A stretch of DNA of 64,000 nucleotides from assembly GCA_965221125.1 (NCBI GenBank), contig CBDCRW010000004.1:1-64000 (forward strand). The letters are read 5' to 3'. How positions within the stretch are numbered: the stretch's first letter is position 1; each line of letters starts with the position of its first letter. This document shows, piece by piece, positions 39,403-50,123 of the stretch. The translations under genes were made by a program, and so were the position numbers. The DNA is from Alphaproteobacteria bacterium (GTDB lineage: Bacteria > Pseudomonadota > Alphaproteobacteria > UBA828). A model generated the notes under the pieces. That model saw only the letters and a list, made by a program, of their open reading frames with translations, was not told the DNA's origin and made no database searches.

Positions 39403-40154
39403 CGGCGGCCACCATCCTGCCGCTGGAGTTGCAGGGCGTGTGCGTCGAGCGCGACCGGCAACGGCTGCTCAAGTCCGTCTCCGTGCGCATCGCCCAGGGG
39501 CCGAAGACCATCATCCTCGGCCCCAACGGCGCGGGGAAGAGCCTGCTGCTCCGCCTCTGCCACGGGCTGATCGCGCCGAGCGACGGCGCGGTGCTGTGGC
39601 ACGGCGCCGCCGGGCGCGACCCGCTCCGCTTCCAGGCGATGGTGATGCAGCGCCCGGTCATGCTGCGCCGCTCGGTCGCCGCCAATATCGACTTCGCGCT
39701 GAGTCTCAGGCGCATCCCCCGGCCCGAGCGCCGCCGGTTGATCGCGCAAGCGCTGGAGCGCACCGGGCTCGGCGCCTTCGCCCGCGCACCGGCGCGCGTG
39801 CTCTCCTTCGGCGAGCAGCAGCGCCTCGCGCTGGCCCGCTCCTGGGCGCTGAAGCCGCAGGTGCTCTTCCTCGACGAGCCGACCGCCAATCTCGACCCCG
39901 CCGCGACCCACGTGATAGAGGACGTGATCGAAGCCATGGCGCGGGAGGGGACCAAGATCATCATGACCACCCACGATCTCGGCCAGGCGCGCCGGCTCGC
40001 GGACGAGGTGATGTTCCTGCACCGCGGGCGCCTGCTGGAGCATGCGCCTGCGCCCGCCTTCTTCGCCGGGCCCGAGAACGAGCTTGCCAGCGCCTTCCTG
40101 CGGGGCGAGCTGCTCTGGTGGGAGCGCCGCGAGCTCACGCCGCCCACGGCCTGA
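39399..40154 (+). CDS. tupC: Tungstate ABC transporter ATPase
   Basis: GPNGAGKS, LSFGEQQR, FLDEPT, THD. Confidence 0.88.
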   Translation: MTAATILPLELQGVCVERDRQRLLKSVSVRIAQGPKTIILGPNGAGKSLLLRLCHGLIAPSDGAVLWHGAAGRDPLRFQAMVMQRPVMLRRSVAANIDFALSLRRIPRPERRRLIAQALERTGLGAFARAPARVLSFGEQQRLALARSWALKPQVLFLDEPTANLDPAATHVIEDVIEAMAREGTKIIMTTHDLGQARRLADEVMFLHRGRLLEHAPAPAFFAGPENELASAFLRGELLWWERRELTPPTA

Positions 40155-40171
40155 CGCCCGGACGTCTGCAC

Positions 40172-41035
40172 ATGAAATTCGACGGCCGCGTGCCTGGCCG
40201 CATCGTCCGGCTGGCCGCCGTATTGGCGTTCGCGCTCGTGCTGGCTATCGCGGGGGCACGGGCCGGCGAGTTCATCACCGTCGCATCGACGACCTCGACC
40301 CAGAACGCCGGCCTCTTCGACCACCTGCTGCCGCTGTTCGAGGCCGAGACCGGGATCGAGGTGCGCGTCGTCGCCGTCGGGACCGGCCAGGCGCTCCGGC
40401 TCGCGCGGAACGGCGATGCCGACCTGCTGCTGGTGCACGACAGGCCTTCCGAAGAGGCCTTCGTCGCCGAGGGCCACGGCAGCGCGCGCTTCGACCTGAT
40501 GTACAACGACTTCGTCCTGGTGGGCCCGGCACGCGATCCGGCCGGGATCGCAGGCGCGTCCGACGCGGCCGCAGCGCTCGGCCGGATCGCCGAGGCGGAA
40601 GCGCCTTTCGTCAGCCGGGGCGACGACAGCGGCACCCACCGGCGCGAACGCGCGCTCTGGGCAGCCGCGGGCCTGGACCCCACCGGCGCGTCCGGCACCT
40701 GGTACCGCGAGGCCGGCCAGGGCATGGGGGCGACGCTCAACGCAGCCACGATGATGGAGGCCTACACGCTCGCCGATCGCGGCACATGGCTCTCCATGCG
40801 TGGCAGGCTCGATCTGCGCCTCCTGGTCGAGGGCGGTGACGGGCTGCGCAACCAGTACGGCGTGACCCTCGTGAGCGCCGAGAAGCACCCCCACGTCAAC
40901 GCGGCGTCCGCGCGGCGCTTCGCCGAATGGCTCATCTCGCCGGCAGGCCAGGCGGCCATCGGCGGGTTCACCATCGACGGCGAGCGACTCTTCATCCCCA
41001 ACGCGGACTGGACACGGGACGCGCCGTCCGGATAA
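40172..41035 (+). CDS. tupA: Tungstate-binding periplasmic protein
   Basis: ASTTSTQNAGL, VGTGQAL, MYNDF, FVSRGDDSGTH, GMGATL, DRGTW. Confidence 0.9.
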   Translation: MKFDGRVPGRIVRLAAVLAFALVLAIAGARAGEFITVASTTSTQNAGLFDHLLPLFEAETGIEVRVVAVGTGQALRLARNGDADLLLVHDRPSEEAFVAEGHGSARFDLMYNDFVLVGPARDPAGIAGASDAAAALGRIAEAEAPFVSRGDDSGTHRRERALWAAAGLDPTGASGTWYREAGQGMGATLNAATMMEAYTLADRGTWLSMRGRLDLRLLVEGGDGLRNQYGVTLVSAEKHPHVNAASARRFAEWLISPAGQAAIGGFTIDGERLFIPNADWTRDAPSG

Positions 41036-41083
41036 GTCCGGAATAGTCCGGGTTCTTCCGGCAACGCGAGCGGAGGCCGGCTG

Positions 41084-42400
41084 ATGGCGGTCAGGATTCT
41101 ACCCAGGGAAGACGCCACCAACGGCTGGAGCCGCATCCTGCCGCCCCGCGCACCCACGCCTGCGCTCAAGGGCGACGTGCGCGCAGACTGGCTCGTGGTG
41201 GGCGCGGGCTTCGCGGGCCTCGCCGCAGCGCGCCGCCTCGCCGAGAACCGGCCCGACGACTACATCGTGCTGCTGGACGCGCACGAGGTCGGCGAAGGCG
41301 CCTCCGGGCGCAACTCGGGCTTCGCCATCGACCTGCCGCACAACGTCGGCGGCGAGTTCGAGGAGCTTACCGGCGCGCACGGCTACATCCGCCTCAGCCG
41401 CGCGGCGATCGACTATCTCGACGCCTGCGTGACGCAGAACGGGATCGACTGCGCCTACACCCATCGCGGCAAGTATCATGCCGCCCGCACCGAGCTCGGC
41501 CGCGAGAAGATCCTGGCGCCCTTCGCGCGCACGCTCGATTCCCTGGGCGAGCCCTATCGCTGGGTCGAGGCCGACGAGCTGAAGCGCGAGCTCGGCACGT
41601 CCTACCATACGTCTGCGCTCTACACGCCGGGCGGGCGGCTCATGAACCCGGCGGGGCTCACCAAGGGCCTCGCCGACACGCTGCCGGCAAACGTCACGCT
41701 GCACGAGCACACGCCGGTGATGGAAGTCGAGGAGCGGAACGGCATCCGTGCGACCACGCCCGGCGGCAGCGTCGCCGCCCAGGCCATGGTGCTCGCGGTC
41801 AACGGCTACGCGCCGCAGTTCTCGGTCTTCAAGGGCTCGCTGCTGACCTTCGCCGCCCACGGCAGCCTGACCCGGCCGCTCACGGACGCCGAGCACCAGG
41901 CGCTCGGCGGCGTGGACGACTGGGGGCTCACGCCCGCCAACTCCCACATCAGCGTCACCATGCGCTACACGACGGAGCGTCGCATCCTCATCCGCCAGCG
42001 CTTCTTCTACGCGCCGAAGCTCCGCCGCCCCGATGGCGAGATGGAGACCATCCGCCGCGACCACCAGCGGGCCTTCGACGTGCGCTTCCCCATGCTGCCG
42101 GAGGTGAAGATCGAGCACACCTGGCGGGGCTACGTCTGCCTCTCGCGCAACCACGCGCCGGGCTTCGGCAAGGTGGGCCCCCACACTTTCGCCGCGGTTT
42201 GCCAGAACGGAATCGGCGTCACCAAGGGCACGATCTCGGGCGTGCTTGCGGCGGACATGGCGACCGGCCAGGACAACCCGCTCATCGCCGACCTGGAGGA
42301 GCAGGGCAGGCCCGACCCGCTGCCGCCGGCGCCGCTCACCTACCTCGGCGTCCGCGCCCGCCTCGCCCTCGACAACATCCGCTGGCGCCGCGAGCGTTAG
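41084..42400 (+). CDS. FAD-dependent oxidoreductase (DAO/PuuB-like)
   Basis: [30 protein letters not shown]. Confidence 0.88.
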   Translation: MAVRILPREDATNGWSRILPPRAPTPALKGDVRADWLVVGAGFAGLAAARRLAENRPDDYIVLLDAHEVGEGASGRNSGFAIDLPHNVGGEFEELTGAHGYIRLSRAAIDYLDACVTQNGIDCAYTHRGKYHAARTELGREKILAPFARTLDSLGEPYRWVEADELKRELGTSYHTSALYTPGGRLMNPAGLTKGLADTLPANVTLHEHTPVMEVEERNGIRATTPGGSVAAQAMVLAVNGYAPQFSVFKGSLLTFAAHGSLTRPLTDAEHQALGGVDDWGLTPANSHISVTMRYTTERRILIRQRFFYAPKLRRPDGEMETIRRDHQRAFDVRFPMLPEVKIEHTWRGYVCLSRNHAPGFGKVGPHTFAAVCQNGIGVTKGTISGVLAADMATGQDNPLIADLEEQGRPDPLPPAPLTYLGVRARLALDNIRWRRER

Positions 42401-42402
42401 CT

Positions 42403-43443
42403 TTACCGCCGCTCCCTGCGGGCTGCGCGCGCGATGCGGAGCAGGGCGTCGGAGCAGATCGCCGCAGGCGTGCCGCCGGAGACCTTGCAGTCGCGCTCGG
42501 CGCGGGTCAGCAGGCCCAGCCCGCCGGCCGCCCGCGCGCTCGGCCAGCGCGCCAGCTCCTGGGCGAAGGCGGCGCGCTCCCGGGGGAAGACCGGCGGCTT
42601 CAGCGCGCCCATCGCGTCCGACCGGCTGGCGCCGCTCTCCATCGCGCCCGCGACGCGATGAAGGCGTGCGAGCCTGCGGGCGGCAGCGCGAAGCAGGGTG
42701 ATCGGCTGAGCGCCGCCGTAGAGCGCGCGCGACATGGCGCGGTCCAGCCCTTCGAGGTCGCCGGCCACCGCGAGCCGCGCGACCGCGTCCGCCGAGGCTT
42801 CGGCCGCATCGCCGACGCAGGCCTCCGCCACCTCCATCGTGAGCACGCTGCCTTCGGGTCCCGGATCGCCGAGGAAGACCGCGAGCTTCTCGACCCCGTT
42901 CTCGATCTGGCGGCGGTCGGCACCTAGGCGCTCGGCGAGCCAGGCGACCGTCTCGGGCGCCGCCGAGATCCGCCGCTCTGCGCAGAAGGCCTCGATCAGC
43001 GTCCGGGCGCCCTCGGCGCTCTCGTCGTAGCAGGGGATGGCGGCGAGGCTTTGCTCCTGCTCGCAGAGCTTCCTGAGCCCGGAGCGTGGCGTGAGCGGGC
43101 CGGCTTCGGCCACCACCAGGCTCTCCACGCCGGGCAGGGCGAGGCACGAGCGGACCGCCGGCACCACCGCCTCGGTCACCCCGCGCAGGCGCACCGCGCG
43201 GCGGCCGCCTGTGAGCGCCATCGCCGCCGCCTCGTCGGCGAGCCTGCCCGGCTCGTCTCGGAGCAGCGCCGGGTCCAGGGTGCTGACGCGGAAGGGATCG
43301 TCCGGATCCTCCGCCACCGCGCGCACGCACGCTTCGGCGCGGGCCCGCACCAGCCCTTCGTTGGACCCGTAGATCAGCACCAGCCGGATGCCCGCGTCCG
43401 GCGCGGCGCAGAAGCGGTCGGCGCGGGCCGGCGCGATCTTCAC
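42403..43443 (-). CDS. holA: DNA polymerase III delta subunit
   Basis: LIYGSNEGLVR, GRLADEAAAMALTGGRR. Downstream of leuS-lptE. Confidence 0.9.
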   Translation of the reverse strand: MKIAPARADRFCAAPDAGIRLVLIYGSNEGLVRARAEACVRAVAEDPDDPFRVSTLDPALLRDEPGRLADEAAAMALTGGRRAVRLRGVTEAVVPAVRSCLALPGVESLVVAEAGPLTPRSGLRKLCEQEQSLAAIPCYDESAEGARTLIEAFCAERRISAAPETVAWLAERLGADRRQIENGVEKLAVFLGDPGPEGSVLTMEVAEACVGDAAEASADAVARLAVAGDLEGLDRAMSRALYGGAQPITLLRAAARRLARLHRVAGAMESGASRSDAMGALKPPVFPRERAAFAQELARWPSARAAGGLGLLTRAERDCKVSGGTPAAICSDALLRIARAARRERR

Positions 43444-43480
43444 GGCTTGCCGGCGGGCGGGGTGGAGGATCGCGCGCGCC

Positions 43481-44020
43481 TCATCGGCGCAGATGGAGCA
43501 GGATCAGCGTGAGTATGTCCTCGCTCAGCACCCGCGCGGCCTCCTCCGCAGCGTCCTGCTCGGCGGTCGCGGTGGCGAACCCGGACTCCACCACGTTGAA
43601 GCTCCCGGTCGCTCGCGCGTGATCCCTGTAGACCTCCACACCGTCGCGGTCCGTGAGCGAGAACGTGGCGCGGAGCGTCAGGTTGAACCGGGTCGCCCTG
43701 TCGTCGAGCTGGATCAGCAGCGGCGTCTTGCTCTGCTCGACCGAGAACGCCAGGCGGTAGTCGGGCTGCCTCGGCTGTCCTCTCGGGGTGAGGCCGTCGA
43801 TGAGGTGGTTGCGCACGATGTGGCCGATGCGGTCCTTGACCGGCGCAATCTCGATCGCCGCCGCGCCGCCGCCCCGTTCCTCGCCGGCGCGGGAGCCATA
43901 GAGCGGCTCGACGGCGCAGGCGCCGAGAACGACGAGGGCAAGGACGAGAGCGAGGACGGGTATCGGCCGGCGCCAGGCGCGCGCCGTGAAGCGGACAAGC
44001 GGCCGGTCAGGTGACGACAT
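43481..44020 (-). CDS. lptE: LPS assembly lipoprotein LptE
   Basis: Lipobox LGAC, EPLYG. Lies between leuS and holA. Confidence 0.85.
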   Translation of the reverse strand: MSSPDRPLVRFTARAWRRPIPVLALVLALVVLGACAVEPLYGSRAGEERGGGAAAIEIAPVKDRIGHIVRNHLIDGLTPRGQPRQPDYRLAFSVEQSKTPLLIQLDDRATRFNLTLRATFSLTDRDGVEVYRDHARATGSFNVVESGFATATAEQDAAEEAARVLSEDILTLILLHLRR

Positions 44021-46574
44021 TCACGATCCGTCCGGGCACGACGATCACCTTGCGCACGTCCCGCCCGCCGATCGCCCGGCGCACGCCGCCGTCCGCCATC
44101 GCGGCGCTTTCCGCCGCCGCCTTGTCGTGATCGGCCGGGAGCGAGATCGTCGCGCGCTTCTTGCCGTCCACCTGCACCGCGACGACCACGACGTCGTCGG
44201 CAAGCAATGCCGGGTCGGCTTCCGGCCACGGCTCGCGGGCGAGCCACGTGTCATGGCCGAGACGGCGCCAGGCCTCTTCGGCGAGATGCGGCACGACCGG
44301 GCCCAGCAGGCGGATGGCCGTCTCCAGGCCGTCGCGCATCACGTGGCCAGCGCCAGGCGCGTCGTCGATGGCGGCAAGCGCGTTCGTCAGCTCGCGCACG
44401 CGCGCGACCGCGCGGTTGAAGCGAAAGCGTTCCAGGTCCTCGGTCACGCCGGCGATCGTCTTGTGGATGGTCCGGCGCAGCCCGCGCAACGGCGGGGCCA
44501 GCGCGTCGTTGGCCGGCGGCACCGCGTCGCAGGGCGCCAGCGCGACCGGGGGCGCGGTGACGAGGCGCCAGAGCTGGGCGACGTAGCGCCACGCGCCCTT
44601 GACGCCGGTGTCGGTCCACTCCAGGTCGCGCTCCGGCGGGCTGTCGGAGAGCATGAAGAGCCGCGCCGTGTCGGCACCGTAGGCCTCGATGATCGCTTCG
44701 GGGTCCACGGTGTTGCGCTTGGACTTGCTCATCGCCTCGGAGCGGCCGGTGGCGATGGGGCGCCCGTCCTCCCGTGTCACCAGGGTGCCCGCGCGGGTCT
44801 CGACCTCGTCGGGGTAGTACCAGCGCCCGTCCTCGTCGCGGTAGGTCTCGTGGCACACCATGCCTTGCGTGAAGAGGCCGGCGAAGGGCTCCTCGATGTC
44901 GAGGTGGCCGCAGAGCTTGAGCGCCTTGGTGAAGAAGCGCGAGTAGAGCAGGTGCAGCACCGCGTGCTCGATGCCGCCGATGTACTGGTCCACCGGCAGC
45001 CACGGTGCCACGTCGCTCTGCGGCAGCGGCTCGTCGGCGCGGGCCGCGCAGAAGCGCGCGAAGTACCACGAGGAATCGACGAAGGTATCCATGGTGTCGG
45101 TGTCCCGCTCCGCGGCGCCGCCGCAGCGTGGGCACGTGGTGTGCTTCCAGGTGGGGTGGCGGTCGAGAGGATTGCCCGGTGTGTCGAAGGTCACGTCCTC
45201 CGGCAGGCGCACGGGGAGCTCCGCGCGCGGCACCGGCACCACGCCGCACGACGGGCAATGGACCATGGGGATCGGGCAGCCCCAGTAGCGCTGCCGCGAA
45301 ATCAGCCAGTCGCGCAGGCGGTAGCTGACCGCGGACCCGCCGGCGCCGCGTTCGGCCAGCGCGTCCACGGCGCGCGCCTTGGCGTCGGCCACCGAGAGCC
45401 CGTCGAGGAAGTCGGAGTTGATGGCCGTTCCATCGCCGACGTAGGCCTCGTCGCCGATCTCGACCGACGCCGAATCCTCGCCGGTTGGGCACACCACGGG
45501 GATGACGGGCAAGCCCTGGCTGCGGGCGAAATCGAGGTCGCGCTGGTCGTGGGCGGGGCAGCCGAAGATCGCGCCGGTGCCGTAGTCCATCAGCACGAAG
45601 TTGGCGACGTAGAGCGGCAGCGTGCGCTCGGCGTCGAAGGGATGGCGGACCCTGACGCCGGTATCGTAGCCGCGTTTGCCCGCGGCCTCGATGTCACGCT
45701 CGCCGACGCCGGCGAGGTTGCACTCGGCGATGAATTCGGCGAGCGCCGGCTCGGACTCGGCCAGCGCCGTCGCCAGCGGGTGATTGGGCGAGAGCGCGCA
45801 GAAGGACGCGCCGAACAGCGTATCCGGGCGCGTGGTGAAGACCTCCAGCGCCTCGTCGCGCCCCTCGATGGGGAAGAGGATGCGTGCGCCGTCGGAGCGC
45901 CCGATCCAGTTGCGCTGCATGAGCCGCACCTTGTCGGGCCAGCGCGGCAGCTCCTCCAGCGCCTCCAGCAGCTCGTCGGCGAAGCGGGTGATGCGGAAGA
46001 ACCACTGCGCGAGCCGGCGCTTCTCGATCAGCGCGCCCGAGCGCCAACCGCGCCCGTCCACCACCTGCTCGTTGGCGAGCACCGTGCGGTCGACGGGGTC
46101 CCAGTTGACCCACGCCTCCTTCTTCTCGACCAGCCCGGCCTCGTGGAAATCGAGGAACAACGCCTGCTGGTGCTCGTAGTAGCCGGGGTGGCAGGTCGCG
46201 AACTCGCGCTCCCAGTCGATCGAGAGCCCCATGAGCTGCAGTTGGCCCCGCATGGTCGCGATGTTCGCGTAGGTCCACTCGGCGGGATGGACGCCTCGCT
46301 CGAACGCCGCGTTCTCCGCCGGCAGGCCGAAGGCGTCCCAGCCCATGGGATGGAGGACGTCGAAGCCCCGCGCCCGCTTGTAGCGCGCCACGACGTCGCC
46401 CATGGTGTAGTTGCGGACGTGGCCCATGTGGATGCGGCCGGAGGGGTAGGGAAACATCTCGAGCACGTAGTAGCTCGGGCGTCCGTCGCTCCGCTCCGCC
46501 CGGAACAGACCCGCGTCCTCCCAGGCGGCCTGCCACTTGGCTTCCACCGCCTGCGCGTCGTAACGCTCGCTCAT
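44007..46574 (-). CDS. leuS: Leucine--tRNA ligase
   Basis: [39 protein letters not shown]. Confidence 0.98.
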   Translation of the reverse strand: MSERYDAQAVEAKWQAAWEDAGLFRAERSDGRPSYYVLEMFPYPSGRIHMGHVRNYTMGDVVARYKRARGFDVLHPMGWDAFGLPAENAAFERGVHPAEWTYANIATMRGQLQLMGLSIDWEREFATCHPGYYEHQQALFLDFHEAGLVEKKEAWVNWDPVDRTVLANEQVVDGRGWRSGALIEKRRLAQWFFRITRFADELLEALEELPRWPDKVRLMQRNWIGRSDGARILFPIEGRDEALEVFTTRPDTLFGASFCALSPNHPLATALAESEPALAEFIAECNLAGVGERDIEAAGKRGYDTGVRVRHPFDAERTLPLYVANFVLMDYGTGAIFGCPAHDQRDLDFARSQGLPVIPVVCPTGEDSASVEIGDEAYVGDGTAINSDFLDGLSVADAKARAVDALAERGAGGSAVSYRLRDWLISRQRYWGCPIPMVHCPSCGVVPVPRAELPVRLPEDVTFDTPGNPLDRHPTWKHTTCPRCGGAAERDTDTMDTFVDSSWYFARFCAARADEPLPQSDVAPWLPVDQYIGGIEHAVLHLLYSRFFTKALKLCGHLDIEEPFAGLFTQGMVCHETYRDEDGRWYYPDEVETRAGTLVTREDGRPIATGRSEAMSKSKRNTVDPEAIIEAYGADTARLFMLSDSPPERDLEWTDTGVKGAWRYVAQLWRLVTAPPVALAPCDAVPPANDALAPPLRGLRRTIHKTIAGVTEDLERFRFNRAVARVRELTNALAAIDDAPGAGHVMRDGLETAIRLLGPVVPHLAEEAWRRLGHDTWLAREPWPEADPALLADDVVVVAVQVDGKKRATISLPADHDKAAAESAAMADGGVRRAIGGRDVRKVIVVPGRIVNVVT

Positions 46575-46689
46575 CGGCTACGCTCGCTCCATCGTTCCGG
46601 CGGTTGCCGGAGAGCGGCGTCCCTATAGCATGACGGGCCGGGCAGCGCAGCCGCAGCGCGCGAACGGCCTCCCGGCGCTGAACCTTGGG

Positions 46690-47211
46690 CTATTGGATCG
46701 ACGCGGTGCGGATCTGCCTGGCGCGGTCGAGAATCTTGTCTTCCAGGCTGATGGCGGTGTCCGGGCTGGTCGCGCGGTCCTCCCACACGCCGCCGTCGCC
46801 GCGCTCCTGGCGGAACACGGTGACCTGCACGCCGTCCGAGCGCAGCGATCTCGTCAGGATGTAGACGGTCATCTTGAAGCGCTCGTCAGGGGTCTCGGGC
46901 GGCGCGTACCAGTCGGTGATGATGACACCGCCGAAGGGGTCGGCCGAGAGCAGAGGCATGAACGAGATGGTGTCGAGCGTCGCGCGCCAGAGGAAGGCAT
47001 TGACGCCGATGCCGACGGCCCCCGACGCGTCGTCCTCGTCGCCGAACAGCGAAAGGCCGCCGGGGCCGAAAATGCTCTCCTGGGAGGTGTTGCGCAGCCG
47101 CGGATCCACCGACGGATCCGGGACGGGCTCCACATTCTCGCAGCCGGCCCCCGCCAGGGCCAACAGCAGGATGCCCGCGAGCATCCCCTTACCGATGTGC
47201 GAGCGCCTCAT
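46690..47211 (-). CDS. DUF3576 lipoprotein
   Basis: IGVNAFLWRATLDTISFMPL.SADPFGGVIITDWY. Conserved alphaproteobacterial position upstream of leuS. Confidence 0.88.
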   Translation of the reverse strand: MRRSHIGKGMLAGILLLALAGAGCENVEPVPDPSVDPRLRNTSQESIFGPGGLSLFGDEDDASGAVGIGVNAFLWRATLDTISFMPLLSADPFGGVIITDWYAPPETPDERFKMTVYILTRSLRSDGVQVTVFRQERGDGGVWEDRATSPDTAISLEDKILDRARQIRTASIQ

Positions 47212-47323
47212 TCCGGCTGCCCCCTTTGACCGTGCATGGACGACTTTTACCACGAGGCACGCACGCACCGCAGCAGAATCGAGGCGGCGCCACAAGGTAA
47301 CTTTCCCTGCAGAGGGAAGAAGT

Positions 47324-47397
47324 TGGAGGCCGAGGCCGGAATCGAACCGGCGTACACGGATTTGCAGTCCGCTGCATAGCCACTCTGCCACCCGGCC
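47324..47397 (-). tRNA. tRNA-Cys(GCA)
   Basis: GGCCGGGTGGCAGAGTGGCTATGCAGCGGACTGCAAATCCGTGTACGCCGGTTCGATTCCGGCCTCGGCCTCCA: cloverleaf, anticodon GCA, encoded CCA. Confidence 0.97.
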
Positions 47398-47473
47398 TCA
47401 GGCGCGCATACCGGCGTCCGCGCTTCAATTAGGCGTCGCCGAGCGGCAGGGTCAACCGTCTTGATTCCGGTCA

Positions 47474-47648
47474 CATGGCGTTTCCGTCCTGGCCGGAAGC
47501 GCCATGGGAATTTATCGCTCACGGCAATCGGCCGTCGCGCGATTCCGCGCGCCTGCCGGCGCGACGGCCGATGCCTGCGCGGGCGCGCCGCATTCGCGGC
47601 GGGCCGCGGTCGCGGCCTGTCGCGCGTCCGTCGAAGGCGGACGCGCTC
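47474..47648 (+). repeat. ~175-bp palindrome-rich intergenic repeat, copy 1
   Basis: Shares TTATCGCTCACGGCA and an exact 29-mer GGCCGCGGTCGCGGCCTGTCGCGCGTCCG with 49872-50045. Confidence 0.85.
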
Positions 47649-47726
47649 TCACGCAAGGGCGCGCTGCTGGCAGTCGGCCCGCCCCGCGGCTAAACTCGGC
47701 GGCCATCCATGGCAGGAGGACGCAGG

Positions 47727-48437
47727 ATGACGGCGGAGCTTTCGCGCGACGAGGAAGTCAGGCGGGCACTCGAGACGATCTTTGCCGCCGATTCCGAGAT
47801 TTACCAGACGCGGGGATTCCAGCGCCGCATCGGGTTCGGAACCAGGCCGGCGCTGCTGATCATCGACCTCGCCAACGCGTGGACCAGGCCGGGCCACAAC
47901 TTCACCTGCGACAACATGGAGGTGATCATCCCCGCGAATCAGCAGCTTCTGACTGCTGCGCGGGAGAAGAACATCCCCGTGATCTACACCACGACGGCCT
48001 ACCAGGACCCGACCGGGCCGCGTGCCGACACCGGGCTCTGGCACATGAAGATCCCGGTCGAGACCTTGCGCGAAGGCTCGCCCGAGGCCGCGATCGACGA
48101 GCGCATCGCGCCGATGCCCGAACGCGGCGAGCAGGTGATCGTGAAGAAGCGCGCGAGCGCGTTCCACGGCACCTACCTCGCGGGCTATCTCCGCGCCCAG
48201 CGGGTGGACACGGTGATCATCACCGGCGTCACCATGGCCGGCTGCGTGCGCCACTCCGCCGAAGACGCGATCGCCGAGGGCTTCCGCCCCATCGTCGTGC
48301 GCGAGGGTGTGGGCGACCGGGTGCCTGGCGTCGTCGAATGGAACCTGTTCGATATCGACGCCAAGTTCGGCGACGTCGAGCCGGTGGAGCGCGTCCTCGG
48401 CTATCTCGACGGCCTGGAGGCCTTCAGCAACGAATAG
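47727..48437 (+). CDS. Isochorismatase-family cysteine hydrolase (N-carbamoylsarcosine amidase/NicF-like)
   Basis: RPALLIID, KKRASAFHGT, TGVTMAGCVRHS. Confidence 0.88.
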   Translation: MTAELSRDEEVRRALETIFAADSEIYQTRGFQRRIGFGTRPALLIIDLANAWTRPGHNFTCDNMEVIIPANQQLLTAAREKNIPVIYTTTAYQDPTGPRADTGLWHMKIPVETLREGSPEAAIDERIAPMPERGEQVIVKKRASAFHGTYLAGYLRAQRVDTVIITGVTMAGCVRHSAEDAIAEGFRPIVVREGVGDRVPGVVEWNLFDIDAKFGDVEPVERVLGYLDGLEAFSNE

Positions 48438-48448
48438 GAGCGCCCGAC

Positions 48449-49873
48449 ATGGCGGCTGCGGACCTCGACCTCTGTTACATGAGCGCGATCGAGGCGCTCG
48501 CCGCGTTCAAGGCGCGGACGCTCTCCCCTGTCGAGCTGATGAAGGCGGTGATCGCCCGCTGCGAGGCGGTCAACCCGGCGCTCAATCTCGTGACCTACAG
48601 CTATTTCGACCGCGCGCTCGAACAGGCGAAGGCGGCGGAGGCGCGCTACGGCAAGACCGACGGCCGGCTCAGGGCGCTCGAGGGGCTGCCCTTCGCGAGC
48701 AAGGACTACCACTCGATCAAGGGCGAGATCACCACGATTGGCTCCCGGATCATGGAGCACAACCGCCCCGATCACACCTATCCGGTCACCGAGCGCCTGA
48801 TGCGGGCCGGCGCGATCCTCCACATCCGCACCACGACGCCCGAGTTCGGCTACGCCGGGACCACCCACAGCCCGCTCTGGGGCGTGAGCCGCAATCCCTG
48901 GAACCCGGAGTACACGCCGGGCGGCTCGTCGGGCGGCAGCGGCGGCGCCGTCGCCGCCGGCATGACGACGATCGCGGACGGGGGCGACGGCGGCGGCTCG
49001 ATCCGCATTCCCGCTTCGGTGAACGGCCTCTTCGGCTTCAAGCCGCCCTACGGGCGCAATCCCAACGACACCGACGCCCCCCACATGTTCCTCGTCCAGA
49101 TCGGCGTGCTCACCCGCACGGTGGCGGAGTCGGCGCTGCTGCAGAACATCGTCTCCGGCCCGCACAGGGCGGATATCGAATCCCTCAGGACGCGTATCCG
49201 CCTGCCGCTCTCCTACGAGGGCATCCGGGGCTGGCGCATCGCGTACACGCCGGATCTCGGCTACGTCCAGGTCGACCCAGAGGTACAGGAGAACACCAGG
49301 AAGGCCGTGCAGGTCTTCCGCGATCTCGGCTGCGAGGTCGACGAGGTCGATCTCGGCTGGACCTCCGGCGTCCTCAACCAGTACCTGCGCCTCTTCGAGG
49401 TCTTCTTCGCCAGCGGCCTTCAGGACTATCTGCCCGAGTGGCGCTACGAGATGGACCCGAGAGTGGTCGACCTGGTGGCGAGGGGAAGCCGGGTCAGCGC
49501 CGTCGAGTTCGAGCGGGTCAACCGCACCCGCGGCGCGATGTACCAGAAGCTCGCGCCGATCCTGGATCGCTACGACGTCATGATTTGCCCGACCCTCGCC
49601 GTGCCGGCGGTCAAGGCGGACCACACCAACATGGACCAGGGCTTCACCATCAACGGCAAGCCTGTCGAGCCGCACCTGGGCTGGCTTCTCACCTACCCCT
49701 TCAACATGATGAACCAGTGCCCGGTCGCGAGCGTGCCGACGGGCTTCGCGAAGAGCGGCGTTCCCACCGGCTTGCAGATCGTGGGCCGCACCTACGACGA
49801 TACCCGCGTGTTCCGCGCGGCGGCGGCCTTCGAGGCGGCGACGAACTGGAGCCGCCATCGCCCGCCGGTTTAG
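48449..49873 (+). CDS. Amidase-signature family amidase
   Basis: GLPFASKD, TPGGSSGGS, DGGGSIRIPAS, PTGLQIVG. Confidence 0.92.
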   Translation: MAAADLDLCYMSAIEALAAFKARTLSPVELMKAVIARCEAVNPALNLVTYSYFDRALEQAKAAEARYGKTDGRLRALEGLPFASKDYHSIKGEITTIGSRIMEHNRPDHTYPVTERLMRAGAILHIRTTTPEFGYAGTTHSPLWGVSRNPWNPEYTPGGSSGGSGGAVAAGMTTIADGGDGGGSIRIPASVNGLFGFKPPYGRNPNDTDAPHMFLVQIGVLTRTVAESALLQNIVSGPHRADIESLRTRIRLPLSYEGIRGWRIAYTPDLGYVQVDPEVQENTRKAVQVFRDLGCEVDEVDLGWTSGVLNQYLRLFEVFFASGLQDYLPEWRYEMDPRVVDLVARGSRVSAVEFERVNRTRGAMYQKLAPILDRYDVMICPTLAVPAVKADHTNMDQGFTINGKPVEPHLGWLLTYPFNMMNQCPVASVPTGFAKSGVPTGLQIVGRTYDDTRVFRAAAAFEAATNWSRHRPPV

Positions 49874-50045
49874 AGCGTTTCCGCCTCAGCCGGAAACGCT
49901 CGGGTCATTATCGCTCACGGCAGCCGGCCAGTCGGCGCTTTCGCGCGCCTATCGGCGCGACCGGCCGGCGCCTCCGCGAGGGCGCCGCGTTCGCGGCAGG
50001 CCGCGGTCGCGGCCTGTCGCGCGTCCGCCAGGGTCGGACGCGCTC
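49872..50045 (+). repeat. ~175-bp palindrome-rich intergenic repeat, copy 2
   Basis: Begins with hairpin GAGCGTTTCCG..CGGAAACGCTC. Direct repeat of 47474-47648. Confidence 0.85.
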
Positions 50046-50123
50046 ATGACCCGCTCGGCCGTAGGGCGTCACGGCGGCGCGGCGCGGCGCTCCCCGCTCC
50101 GGCGGGAGCCGCTATAATGGGGC

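Noticed and set aside
46690-47391. 233-aa ORF with N-terminal extension
   Set aside because: The extension is a translation of tRNA-Cys; the real start is 47211.
47324-47397. tRNA-Cys as the island integration site
   Set aside because: No duplicated tRNA 3' fragment was seen, and the tRNA 3' side is followed by core genes (DUF3576-leuS).
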